The notes under the pieces were generated by a model, which saw only the letters and a program-made list of their open reading frames with translations, was not told the origin of the DNA and made no database searches. Position numbers and translations under genes: made by a program. Shown in pieces: positions 51,087-62,370 of a stretch of 64,000 bases of DNA. How positions within the stretch are numbered: the stretch's first letter is position 1; each line of letters begins with the position of its first letter. The DNA comes from the human T2T-CHM13v2.0 reference genome, Homo sapiens: the NCBI RefSeq assembly GCF_009914755.1, contig NC_060926.1. One strand, written 5' to 3'.

Positions 51087-52612
51087 TTAAATGATATTCA
51101 AGGTTAGCTTGGAAGAGAAGTTACAAAAGGTGGGCACAGCTATAGGTGAGACCTGATAGATTAAGACGGGGTTGAGGTGGGGTCTGAGGGCCTGGTGGGG
51201 TTGAGGGTCTGGGCAGTACCATTGGGCTGCAGACACGGGGGCTCCAACAGGCTGCTGACTTCCTGAATGACTCACTGTTAGCATCAGCAGCACGCGACCC
51301 TCAGACATGGTATGAATATCTCAATCAACCCCAAGGCAGCACCCCACAAAAGTTAGAGAAACCGCCCCCTACCTTGCACCCATTCAGTACTCCTTTCTTC
51401 AGTAATTCAGAGCAGTTTCAGAAGGTTAGCCTGCAAACTTGATAGCCACAGGGACTGTTTTCCTTGGTTCAGAAAGATGTAATTTCTCTTAACATCCAAA
51501 TGGATGCCCAAATTGTTTCTGGACCAATCCCCCAGTGAGAACAACTAGGAAAAAAAAAAAAACAGGAAAAAGTAGGAAAACTTTTGTCTGAAGACATGGC
51601 TATGGAGTCAGTGAGAAAATTTTGGGGCCAGTGTCTGGGAGGGAATATCCTTATAATTCTAGCTTTTCATCCTTGCATGTTTCACCCTGCCCAGGCTCTC
51701 CCGTTCCTCTCTTGGCATCACTCCTCAAACGAACTACTCACATACAAGCCTTTGTCTTGGGTTTTAATACCCAGAAATCAGGACATCTGAGGATTTGAGT
51801 CCCATCTGATTGGGACTCAAGGCAAAGCAAGGGTGCCAGGTCCCTCATGAGCTTAGAGCAGGCTCTGTTTCTTCTGATGCATCTTCTGGATTAAGCAGAA
51901 CTATAGAATACACATTCCTCTCTTTTGACCCCAGTATGTAGCCAGCGACTTCGTCCTGTCCAGTGTTACCTCATCTGGGCCACACACATCCCTCTCTTTC
52001 TGCTCATTTCTAGTGTGACCGCCATGGGCAGGGTTCCTCAATCCCATCCAGCCCAACGCTGTGACCTTCACAGCTTCTGTCTGTCTCCACATTTCTTGCA
52101 CACCCCCACCTGACAATCTTCGCAAATACATCATCAGCATTTCATGTTTTTATTGATAAATGTGACACACCTGCAGAAAACCACAGGAAGCAAATATATG
52201 GCCAAATGAACCATTGTAAAGCAAACACTCTTATGACCACAACCCCCTCCAAATCTCCATCTCTTCCCCATCAAGAGTTATCTCTTTCCTTTCTGTTTTG
52301 CATGCATCCTTAATCACTGTGGCTCATTTTCTTTTGGTTATTAAAATGTATTTTAGGTCTCTTAACCTACAGGTTCAATGTCCACCTTTGTTTAGTTTTC
52401 TTAGCAACATTGGTGGAAGAAGCCAGATCTTTTGTCCTTCAGAATACCACAGTCTGGATTTTGCTGATTGCATTCCCAGTATAGTTGGACGTGTTCTCTG
52501 TCCCCTGTGTTTCCTGTAATTTTGTGGTTGGATCCAAAATATCTTCTTAATGCCTCACTTCCTTGTTCAAGAAACCACCAGCCTCCCTAAACTCCTCTTG
52601 CCTCTTAGGTGG

Positions 52613-52966
52613 TGTATTAGTTTGTTTTCACACTGCTATACAGGACTACCTGAGACTGGGTAATTTATAAAGAAAAGAGGTTTAATTGACTTACAGTTCC
52701 ACTTGGCTGGAGAGGCTGCAGGAAACTTACAATCATGGCAGAAGGCAAAGCAGAAGCAAGGCACATCTTGCATGGCAGCAGGAGAGAGAGGGAAACTGCC
52801 GCACACTTTTAAATCATCAGATCTCGTGAGAACTCACTATCATGAGAACAGCATGGGGAGAACCACCCCCATGATCCAATCACCTCCCACCAGGTCCCTC
52901 CCCCAACACACGGGAATTACAATTAGAGATGAGATTTGGGTGGGGACACAGAACCAAACCATATCA
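52613..52966 (-). mobile_element. THE1D-like solo LTR
   Basis: TGTATTAGT...CAGGAAACTTACAATCATGGC...CCAAACCATATCA; TSD GGTGG/GCTGG. Confidence 0.88.
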
Positions 52967-53239
52967 GCTGGGGTGTGTGACGCATAAATGGAGGTGGGCA
53001 AAATAAATGCCCCACCTCCTCTAACCCACAATGGTCATCTGGGCCAGGGCCTCCAGAAAGCACTCACAGGAGGATTGACGTGTCCTCATTCTCTTGTATA
53101 CAGCAGGCTTATTTCCTCCTCAAATTCTCTCTTCCAGTGGTTCCAGAGGCCAGAAGCTCTCCCTTTCCTTCTCATCTTCTCAGTGGCATCCTGGTTCTGC
53201 CCATGCCCTCCATAAAGGATTTAAAGTCTGTCCATGAAT

Positions 53240-53715
53240 AATGCTCCAGAATCATGACCCCTCAAAGATGCCCCTGCCCACAACCCCGGAGCCTGTGAAT
53301 GTTCCCTTCCATGGCAATGGGACTTTGTAGAGGCTACAAACTTTGAGATGGAGAGACAGCCCTGGATTGTCCAGATGCCATCACAAGTCCTAAAGGGAGG
53401 GTGACTTTCCGGGCTGCAGTGAGAGAGACTCAGAAATGGAAGCAGGATCAGAAAAGACGCATCGCTGCTAGCTTTGAAGGTGGAGGAAAAGGCCGTCGCA
53501 GAAGGAGTGTGTGTGACCTCCAGAGGCTGGAAAAGGCAAGGAAATGAATGGTCCCCTAGAGCATCCCAAAGGTAACACAGCCCCACTGCCACCTTGATTT
53601 TAGCCCAGAGAGACCTGGGTTGAATTTCTGACTCACAGAACTGAAGGATCATAACTGTGATGTTTAAGGCCCCAACTTTGTGGTGGCTTGCTACGACAGT
53701 CATAGGAAACAATAC
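53240..53715 (+). mobile_element. MaLR LTR, MLT1D-like
   Basis: CCCTCAAAGATG ... CCTGTGAATGTT ... GCTGGAAAAGGCAAGGAAA ... CACCTTGATTTTAGCCCAG ... CATAGGAAAC. Confidence 0.8.
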
Positions 53716-54019
53716 CCCATCCAGTGTGGCTCTGAGTGCTGGCCTTCAGGAGGGGTCACTTCTCCAGAGTCCCTGCAGGTAAAGGTGTCAGTCCTCTCTA
53801 ACACCTCCCTATGCCCTGAGGCCCCTGGCCCAATGCAGACATGGGAAGTGTCTGATAAAACTAGAGTAAAATGGGTGAAATCAGTAACTGTTAAGAATTC
53901 TCAACATGAAAGTGATTTAATAGGATATTAAAATAAGTGCAATTTATTGATCATGGTTGCACTTCTCAGATACTTTGTAAATCAATATTAGATATTTGTA
54001 GGAGACATCATGAGAAAGA

Positions 54020-54190
54020 AATCACAGCCATTTGTTTGCTTTGTGACCTTAGACAGGTTTTTTAAAGCTTTTCAACCTCAGTTTCCTTATCTATAAAATG
54101 GGGACCTTCATGCCTCCCTCACTGGGGTTGTCAGGATTAGATAGTGTGCTTGGCCAGTGGTAAGAATGCAACAGATGATAGCTATTAACA
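54020..54190 (+). mobile_element. MIR
   Basis: TGTGACCTTAGACAGG...CCTCAGTTTCCTTATCTATAAAATGGGG. Confidence 0.75.
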
Positions 54191-54370
54191 ACTATTGTGT
54201 TAATAATAAAAACTTACAATGATATGTAGCTAAACCCATTTGCATTTTAAAAATGTTATTTGTAAATAGTATATTTTTATCCCACGCCTTTCCTTCAAGA
54301 ATCATCATTAACTGCCAACTTTGTATGAGGTGTCAGTGAGATACTCTGGGGAAGTCAAAGAAATAATTTT

Positions 54371-54685
<315 letters not shown>

Positions 54686-55088
54686 TCAGTTTATGATCTT
54701 AAAATATCATATGGACATAAATTACTAGAAAACAAGGCATTTTTGGCTATACGCCCCGGCAGAGTTTCGGAGAATGAGAGGAACTCCAAGGAAAGAGAGC
54801 TTATAGCATCATGGATGGGAGGGAAGGCAATGCAGACCACAGACAGGAAGCTACACGGGATTATTCCTCAATGCAGCCTACTCTCCGCTGGATTTGCATT
54901 GAATTCACAGGAGAAAGCCATCCAGTGCACTGCAGAGTGAAAAAGAGATTATGTTACAGTGTCTCTAAAACATATCTTCCTATTAACCTATTTGTTCTTT
55001 AGTGAAGACTGTGATTTTAAAAAAAGCAACATCCCACTTACCAGTACTCTAGTTGAGAATTGCTTTATATTTTAGAAGTCTTCCCTTT

Positions 55089-55395
55089 CATTTTTTTTTT
55101 AATTTTATTTTTGAGATGAAGTCTCACTTTGTCGCCCAGGATGGAATGCAGTGGCAGGACCTCGGCTCACTGCAACCTCCGCCACCTCCTGGATTCAAGT
55201 GATTCTCCTGCCTCAGCCTCCCGAGTGGCTGGGATGACAGGCACGTGCCACCATGCCTGGCTAAGTTTTGTATTTTTAGTAAAGATGGGGTTTCACCATG
55301 TTGGCCAGGCTGGTCTTGAACCCCTGACCTCAAGTGATCCACCCACCTCGGCCTCCCAAAGTGTTGAGATTACAGGCATGAGCCACCGCTCCTGC
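55089..55395 (-). mobile_element. AluSx-like
   Basis: Reverse Alu; TSD TAGAAGTCTTCCCTTT at 55073-55088 and 55396-55411. Confidence 0.95.
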
Positions 55396-57514
55396 TAGAA
55401 GTCTTCCCTTTTAAAACATGCAAGTAAGCACTGAATGACTAGGCTGTAAGTAACTGGAGCCCTCACTCAATGGCAATCTCCTGCTCAGCACTTTACTTTC
55501 AGAAAAAGGTAGCAAATGCAGGAAAACAAGCAAATTTTATTAACTTTTTAAAAAGTAATTTGAGCATGGCTCTGACTTAGTACAGATTCTTCCACTCAAT
55601 CTTCTACACACTTAACACTATAAAATGAGGATGCATGTTCAGAATGATGACTCAGAGACATTATGAGGCACCCCACATCAAAAAGGGACTCATTTCATTT
55701 ACTGTACTGTGCTTTCCAAGGTGAGATATCTGCCTACAATATACGTACATATATTTTTAATTTCAATTTATGTTCCAGCTGAAGGGAATTTCTGGTTGAT
55801 CTTTAACCAACACGAAAATTTAATTTAGCAAAACAACTCCTTCCTGAGGCATTCTGATTAATTGAGGGTTATTGTAGCTAACATAAATGTCTCATCCATG
55901 ATGTTCACCTAAGGTGGATTTCAAAATGGCAATTTGCGTAAAATTTTAGCTTTTCTAAAGGTACAGAGCTCTCTTAAAATTGTTCCTATCTGAAACTAAC
56001 TCTGCCCTGCTGCTAACAATCAAAAACAATGTAAAATTGTGATCATTTTTATTTTTCGGCTCAAGCACCTGTTAAATTTTAAAGTTATGATGTGTAACGT
56101 TGATCACCACAGGAAGTGTTTGACAAAACACATACTGAAAAACAGGTCGGTGTTTAAGTGCACTTCCGTTCCTTTTTTTTTTGATACCCTAACTTACATT
56201 CAACTTTATAGTGTTACTTCATCTGTTTTTCCTTTATTTACACAATTAGATAAAGCATAGTTACTTCCTGAAGTCCAGATCACAATTCTTAGAGAGAGGC
56301 AGGAGAATCGTATTGATCATCCATAGAGGACAGCCCACTTTTTTGGGGGGTGTTTATGAACTTTAACTCTTTGTAGTGGTGGTTTGTAAAAAGTTAATCC
56401 TGCCAGTCACTGAGAGATGGGTTTCATGTGTTTCTAAGCTGCCCCTTCTTGGGTCTGAAGAGGTAGTGAAAAGGTACTTTGTAGTTTGGGTATGAAATCA
56501 CCGTGCCGTCTTAAGACTCGTCTCTTCCCCATGTTTTCATGTAGGTGAAATGAAATGCAAAAATCTATACGTCCACCGGTATCTGTTTTGAGATTCTCAT
56601 AGCGAGTTCCTAATGGCCTCTTTTTAAGTCTCTTCACTAATGCTCTCTGTCCTCTTTGACACACTCGTAAGTGTGGAATTTCCATCCATCGTGAAAGATT
56701 TGCAAAGTGTCTGTTCTGTACTGGGTAGGCCGGAGAATGGTCGGGGCTGTACAGGAAAACCAGGCTTGGCTCCTGCCCTCAGGGCGTTCATATCAACGCT
56801 GAGATGAATGATACAATTAAAGAGCAATAGGCTCATTACTCCAGCAGGGTATTTATAGTAGTAATAGCAACTTTTCTAGCACAGAGGCACGTGAGGGCAG
56901 GAACTGTGGCTTGCTCATTTGTGTACCTCCTGCAGTGCCCTCTCCATGTAGTAAGTTGGCAATAACTATTCATTACATTTAACAAATGTACAAAAACAAA
57001 ACCGTTCATCCCTCACAAGCCAGTCCTCCCCACTTTTCTGTTTCTGATCTCGGCACCGTTGTCTTTGCAGTTTCCCACATCCAAAGCCTCAGGTTATATT
57101 TGTGCCCCATTCTCTTTCTCTTTGGTCCCCCACATCCAAGCAGCTGCCAATTCATTTTGAGCCTCCCCTTCCATTTCTCCTAAAACACTTTCCCATCTAC
57201 TCATTCCACCCCAGTTGGGGTTATGAACTCTCTTGGAAATGCGAACTTTTGTCTGCTCTTCCTGTCTCCAGCTGTCCTTCCGTGCATGCACCAAATGAGT
57301 GTTCCTGGGCTGAGCCCAGATGATGTCCACACTTAACTGCTTTCCTTCTTGGCCTCGCGATCCGCTCTGTGCAGCCTCTGCTCCATTTAGGCAAGTGGGC
57401 CATTCTCTGTCCCTACAGGGTCCTCCCACGTCCCCCTGTCTGCCTCAGAGTTCTGAACTCCTGCCGCTGGGAATTTTCTCCCTGTCTATCTCCACCTTTC
57501 AAAATCCTACCATT

Positions 57515-57920
57515 TGCATTATTCAGGGGTTTGGGTTCCAAAAAGAGGAAGTGCCTCTGGGTACCTTAAGCAGAATAGGAGAATTTACTAGAAGAATATC
57601 AAGTAGCTCACAGGGGAACTGGAGAGCAGAAGGGGTGAGAATGGAGCTGGCTAATTCCTGTGGGAGGGATGTGCTGGGACTATTTCAGCCATGGCAAATT
57701 GAATCTCACCCTCTCTTGTCCTTTTCACCCTCTCCAGTTTCACAGTCTTGAGTGGGAGGGTTCCATTGGCCAATCCCAGGCTGTTCACTCTCACAGGGCT
57801 TCTGGGAATGGAGGGACCAAGGTGCCTACTCTGCCTCCCTCCAGGGTTCAGACAGGCTTCTCTAAAACCAGGAAGGGGCTAGAGAGGGGGGCAGCCAAAT
57901 TAAAGGCAGCTTCCCACCAT
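57515..57920 (-). mobile_element. Ancient MaLR LTR (MLT1K/L-like)
   Basis: CTTAAGCAGAATAGGAGAATTTACTAGAAGAATATCAAGTAGCTCACAG ... CATTGGCCAA. Confidence 0.5.
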
Positions 57921-58933
57921 GTAATCTCTCAAGGTCATTGCCAATGCCACCACCTTTCATAAAGCCTAAAGCTTCTCCTGATTCTCTAGACATATTTTCT
58001 TTGGTACTGTTCATATTTAGTTTTATATTATAGTTATTTGTATGCTGGTTTCATCCTTCCTTTTGGGTCTTTCCTCTCCATTTCTCCTAAACTATTTTCC
58101 CATCCTTTCACTCCACTCCAGTTTGCGTTATAACCTCTCTGAATAATGCAATCTTATATCTGCTCTTTGCACATCCAGGTGTTCTTTGGTGTCTGCACCA
58201 AATGAATGAATCCTGAAGTGGATCTTATAATGCCTTACAAATAGAACTACACCAGATATGCTTAATTGAATTGAGGGTTACAAGAGAAGGTCATGAGAAA
58301 GGAGACATGAGTGTTTACCATGTGCTGAACACACAGTTGAGACATGTTTATATTATCTCCTTTAATTCTCACAACGCTTTGCAAGAGCACTATTAATATC
58401 TGAGGCTCAGAGAGGTGAAATGACCCCAAGGCACAGGCTCCAAGGTAGGCTTTGAGCCTCTGACGTATGACTTGGACAACACCCTCAACCTTGCTTTGTG
58501 TTTTCCGTGAGTCTAAGGAGGGGTTAGAGAAGGCCTTGAATGGAGCTCTGAAAGAGAAGGACGGGGACAGGGAATTCCTAGCTGCCTTCACACCACAGAA
58601 GGCTGAAACTAGTGTGACTCAATGTGGCACTGTGGGCAGAGCTGAGTGACTGAAGCAAACAGCTTATACTGGACAGAGGTAAAAAGGAGATTGTATGGCA
58701 GGGCTAAGTTGGAGAGGCCTTTGGAAGAGAGATCATAAGATGTAATGCTGATGTGATTTTAGGCAAAAGTTTACTGCACCTCCTTCCACTCCATGTTTTT
58801 TATGCTTTCAATACTTTGTGATTGAAGACAGTAAAACAGATGTGGACACATTAATGGAGTAGAATGCAGAAAAACCTATATATTTTTAGATAAAACATAA
58901 GCTTCAAAGAAATGTCTCCCCCATGTTAAGCCT

Positions 58934-59360
58934 TGCAGTGGGTTGGATGTTGGCCCCAAAAGATATGTTCACCTGGAAGCCGAGAACGCGACCTTATTTG
59001 GAAAAAAGGTCTTTGCAGATGTTGTAAGATAAGGATGTCGAGATGACATCATGCTGGATTAGAGTGAGCCCTAAATTCAATGATACTTGTCTTTACAAAA
59101 AGAGAGAAGGGAAAGGACACAGGGAACCAGGTTGTGTGAAGACAGAGAGGCAGAGGTGGGAGTGACACTGCCACAAGCCAAGGAATGTCTGCAGCCACCA
59201 GAAGCTGGAAGAGGCAGGGAAGGATTGTTCTCTACAGACTTTGGAGAGAGGCTGGTGTCTTGATATCAGACTTCTGAACTCCAGAACTTTGAGAAAATAA
59301 CCTCTGTTTTGTCACCTAGTTTGGGGTCATTTGTTAAGGCAGCCCCAGGAAACGAACACA
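58934..59360 (+). mobile_element. MaLR LTR, MLT1C-like
   Basis: CCCCAAAAGATATGTTCA ... GACCTTATTTGGAAAAAAGGTCTTTGCAGATG ... GCCACCAGAAGCTGGAAGAGGCA ... GCAGCCCCAGGAAACGAACACA. Confidence 0.85.
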
Positions 59361-59429
59361 GGCCTCTAAGGGCTAAATACCCCAGCCTCTCTGGGGGAAA
59401 ATGCTCAGTCTTCAGTCATCAGATAACTT

Positions 59430-60490
59430 TTGAGGAGACTGTGGTGGGCAATGGGGAGCCATGAGAAGTTCTTGAGCACAACCAGGGACAAATGGAAACA
59501 ATTTACAGGAAGGTTAGGATGACATTGATGTCCAGTGTGAGTCTGAGGGATTTAAGAAGGAAGTAATGGGAGACCAGTTGGAAGGCAGTAGTTGTGGGGA
59601 ATTGAACAAGAGTTTTGGAGTCAGGTACATGCTCTGACCCCAGTTCTTTGATCCACTGTTCAAGTGATTTCATCTGTAAAATGGGGATAATACTATTGTG
59701 TGTGGATTAGAGATGATATATGTCAAGAATTCAATCAAGGTACATTATAACTATTGCTAGAATGATGTATAAGTTAGGATGCCAGTGATGGAAATGGAAA
59801 GAAAGGTGCAGTGGAAAAGATGTTTAAGAATCACCAGGACTCAGAACCATGGGGGTAGTCTGCAAGGGGTCTTGGTGTCATTCAGCGCTCTCCCAGCTTT
59901 TCTTGGGGAGAACTCGGAGAGAGGGAAGGAAAAGCCAAGATAACAATGAGATTTCTCCCAGGAGCTGAGGTGCCTGGTAGACTCTTGGCCAGGCCTGAAA
60001 CCATGGGAGGAGGAGCTGGTCTGGGGAGCAGATGAGTTTCATTTTGAACATGGTGACCTAGAAGAGATGCTGCGCCATGTTTAGGGGGTGCAGATTAGCT
60101 GGGGAGCTCTGCAGATTAGCAGGGGAGCTCTCTAAGGCTACAGGTCTGGGGGTTAATCAATGAAGGTTTAGACAGGGAGTGTACAAAAAACAATCAACTC
60201 TCTCTTTAAAAAAAAAAGGTGCGTATCAGAATAAAAACAAAGGGCCACCATCTGCCTTGGGGATATCACTTTTACAGGGTGGGAAGACAACAACCTCTCT
60301 AGAGGAGGCAGATGGGCAGGTCAGAAAGGTAAGAGAATCAGAACTGGCTGTGTTTGATGAATGAAAAGATGATGGTGTTTCAGGAAATAGCAGAAATGCC
60401 ACATATTTCAGAAAACTCCACAGGATAAAGATTGATAAAGGGCCACTGGATTTAGATAGAGAATGACATCGGTGACTTCTAAAGAATCAG
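59430..60490 (-). mobile_element. L2 fragments with an embedded MIR (~59600-59750)
   Basis: GGCAATGGGGAGCCAT, GATGAGTTTCATTTTGAACATG, CCACTGGATTTAG...GGTGACTT; MIR core TTTCATCTGTAAAATGGGGATAATA. Confidence 0.6.
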
Positions 60491-62029
60491 AGAAAGAAGA
60501 GGCATGCAAGAACCACGATTCAGTGAAAGTTTACAAAGCAAACAAGCTACAAACTGGGTCAATATTGCTATACTTATTTTGAGTAAATTAATCTAAAATT
60601 GGGCAGACTGATGACTAGAATTCTTCTTTTCTTATTGTAAAGCTAGATATTAGTAACACAAAACTTGCACAAAAGGATGAACTGAAGTAGCTTCTTTCAC
60701 AAGGTCAAAACAAGGAAAAATGAGGCTGTTCTGATTCCCTGAGCTTGTACCTGATTCCTGCTCAGTGTACTGTGCTTCCTTCCACTTACTGAGCTATTGA
60801 GGGCTACCTACTGCCAGGGTACTTCACATAGGAGGTAAGTAAATATTATCTCCCCATATGACAGATTTTAGAAAGGCTGAGGACCACCTGTGCAACGTTA
60901 CACAGTTCAGGAAGTCAACAGTCAAACACTCACCTGTCTGACTTCAAAGCTACGCTGACTCTAGTTACCTATCCTTGGGTACTTCCCTTCTGGAAGGAAG
61001 CAGGAGATGAGTGAATCAAATAATACAGCCTTGTAACCTTGGGTAAATTATTATTGCCTTAATAGTAAGCAGAGACCAGGAGCCTAAGAAAGAATCTCAT
61101 TAACATGGATGCAGGCTATCCTGCCAGGAAATCAGAATCATTTGAATATTAGGATTTCCTTTGGGAAACCATATGGGGAGGAGAAAAGACATCCGGATGC
61201 ATGTGTCTGTGAAAGGGAAACTTGTGTCTTTCCCCTTGCTCTTGGGTTTTCATCTTCCAAGTTTGTTTATAGGCTAGCCACAACTCGAGGCTGGGTGAGC
61301 TGAACGGTCCCATCATTAGCGACACTCCTTCTAGGGGCACATTCGGGCAGCTCCTCTTCGGGTTCTGCCCCCACGGGTGTGCAACCAGGATTCCACAGGC
61401 TGGGGCTGGCCTGGATGCCTGGGAGGCAACATAGGTCGAGTTTCTTCTTCTTTTAGGAAGTGCCTCGGACAGGGATGATGGACTAAAAATGTGTCTGGTT
61501 GGGAAAGTAAATAGATGCAAAGCAAATAAATAAAAATGCCCACAAGCAATTACAGGGAGGAAGTGACATTTTTATTTAAGTCACTTTTCTGATGGACAAC
61601 AGGCCTGCTTAGCTGAGTGCCGTGGGAATGCTTCCGGGAGGGGGGCGGCTGCCCAGCAACTAGAGCTTCGTGATAAGAACAACGAACAAACAAAAAAGAG
61701 GACGCAAAGCCCACCCGGCAGTCATCCCAGGCTGGAAGTTGCCGTCTGTGTTTTCACTCTCCTCCCCACCCACCTACCCTGCCCCCCACCGCCCGCACGC
61801 AATTTCGGGCGTGGGGACCCTTTCCTGCCCCCGGCGCCCGGCCCGTGCTGCGCCTCCAGAGCGGAGCGTCCCGCAGCCCCGCGCTATCCCAGCGCCCGTA
61901 CCGGGACCCGGGCGCGGAGCCTGGCGACGACGGGGGGCGCCCCAGGTGGGTCTCGGGTCCCCGCCCCGCGCGCCCGGGCCTGGGCCGGCCCCTGGGCGGC
62001 GTCACGGCGCGGCCGGGGAGGAGCGCGGG

Positions 62030-62078
62030 AGGAGGAGGAAGAGCGCGGAGGAGGCGGGCGCTGCGCGCCGGGGGAGGG

Positions 62079-62127
<49 letters not shown>

Positions 62128-62370
62128 TGCCGCGGGGATCGTCAGGCCGGAGCCGCGCGGCCGAGCGGGCGGCGGGCGGAGGGGAGGGCTTGGCGGCCGG
62201 GAGGCTCGCGGCGCCCGGGCCGGCAGGGTCCGCCCGGGCCGGCAGGGTCCGCCCGGCGGCGGGAGGAGGGAGCGGCGCAGACAAAGAGCGGCGCCTGGGC
62301 GGGCGCAGCGCGGCCACCGCCCCGGGACCCGCGCCGCTGCCCTCCGGCTCCGCGGGCGGCCCACGGCGAG
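62030..62370 (+). other. NCK2: Non-coding first exon (5' UTR); start approximate, 3' end at splice donor GAG|GTAAGC
   Basis: No ATG; strong donor at 62370/62371; ...CCCTCCGGCTCCGCGGGCGGCCCACGGCGAG matches my recollection of the end of NCK2 exon 1. Confidence 0.55.
62081..62131 (+). repeat. (GCC)15-GCT-GCC trinucleotide repeat (CGG on the minus strand)
   Basis: 15 uninterrupted GCC at 62081-62125. Confidence 0.97.
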
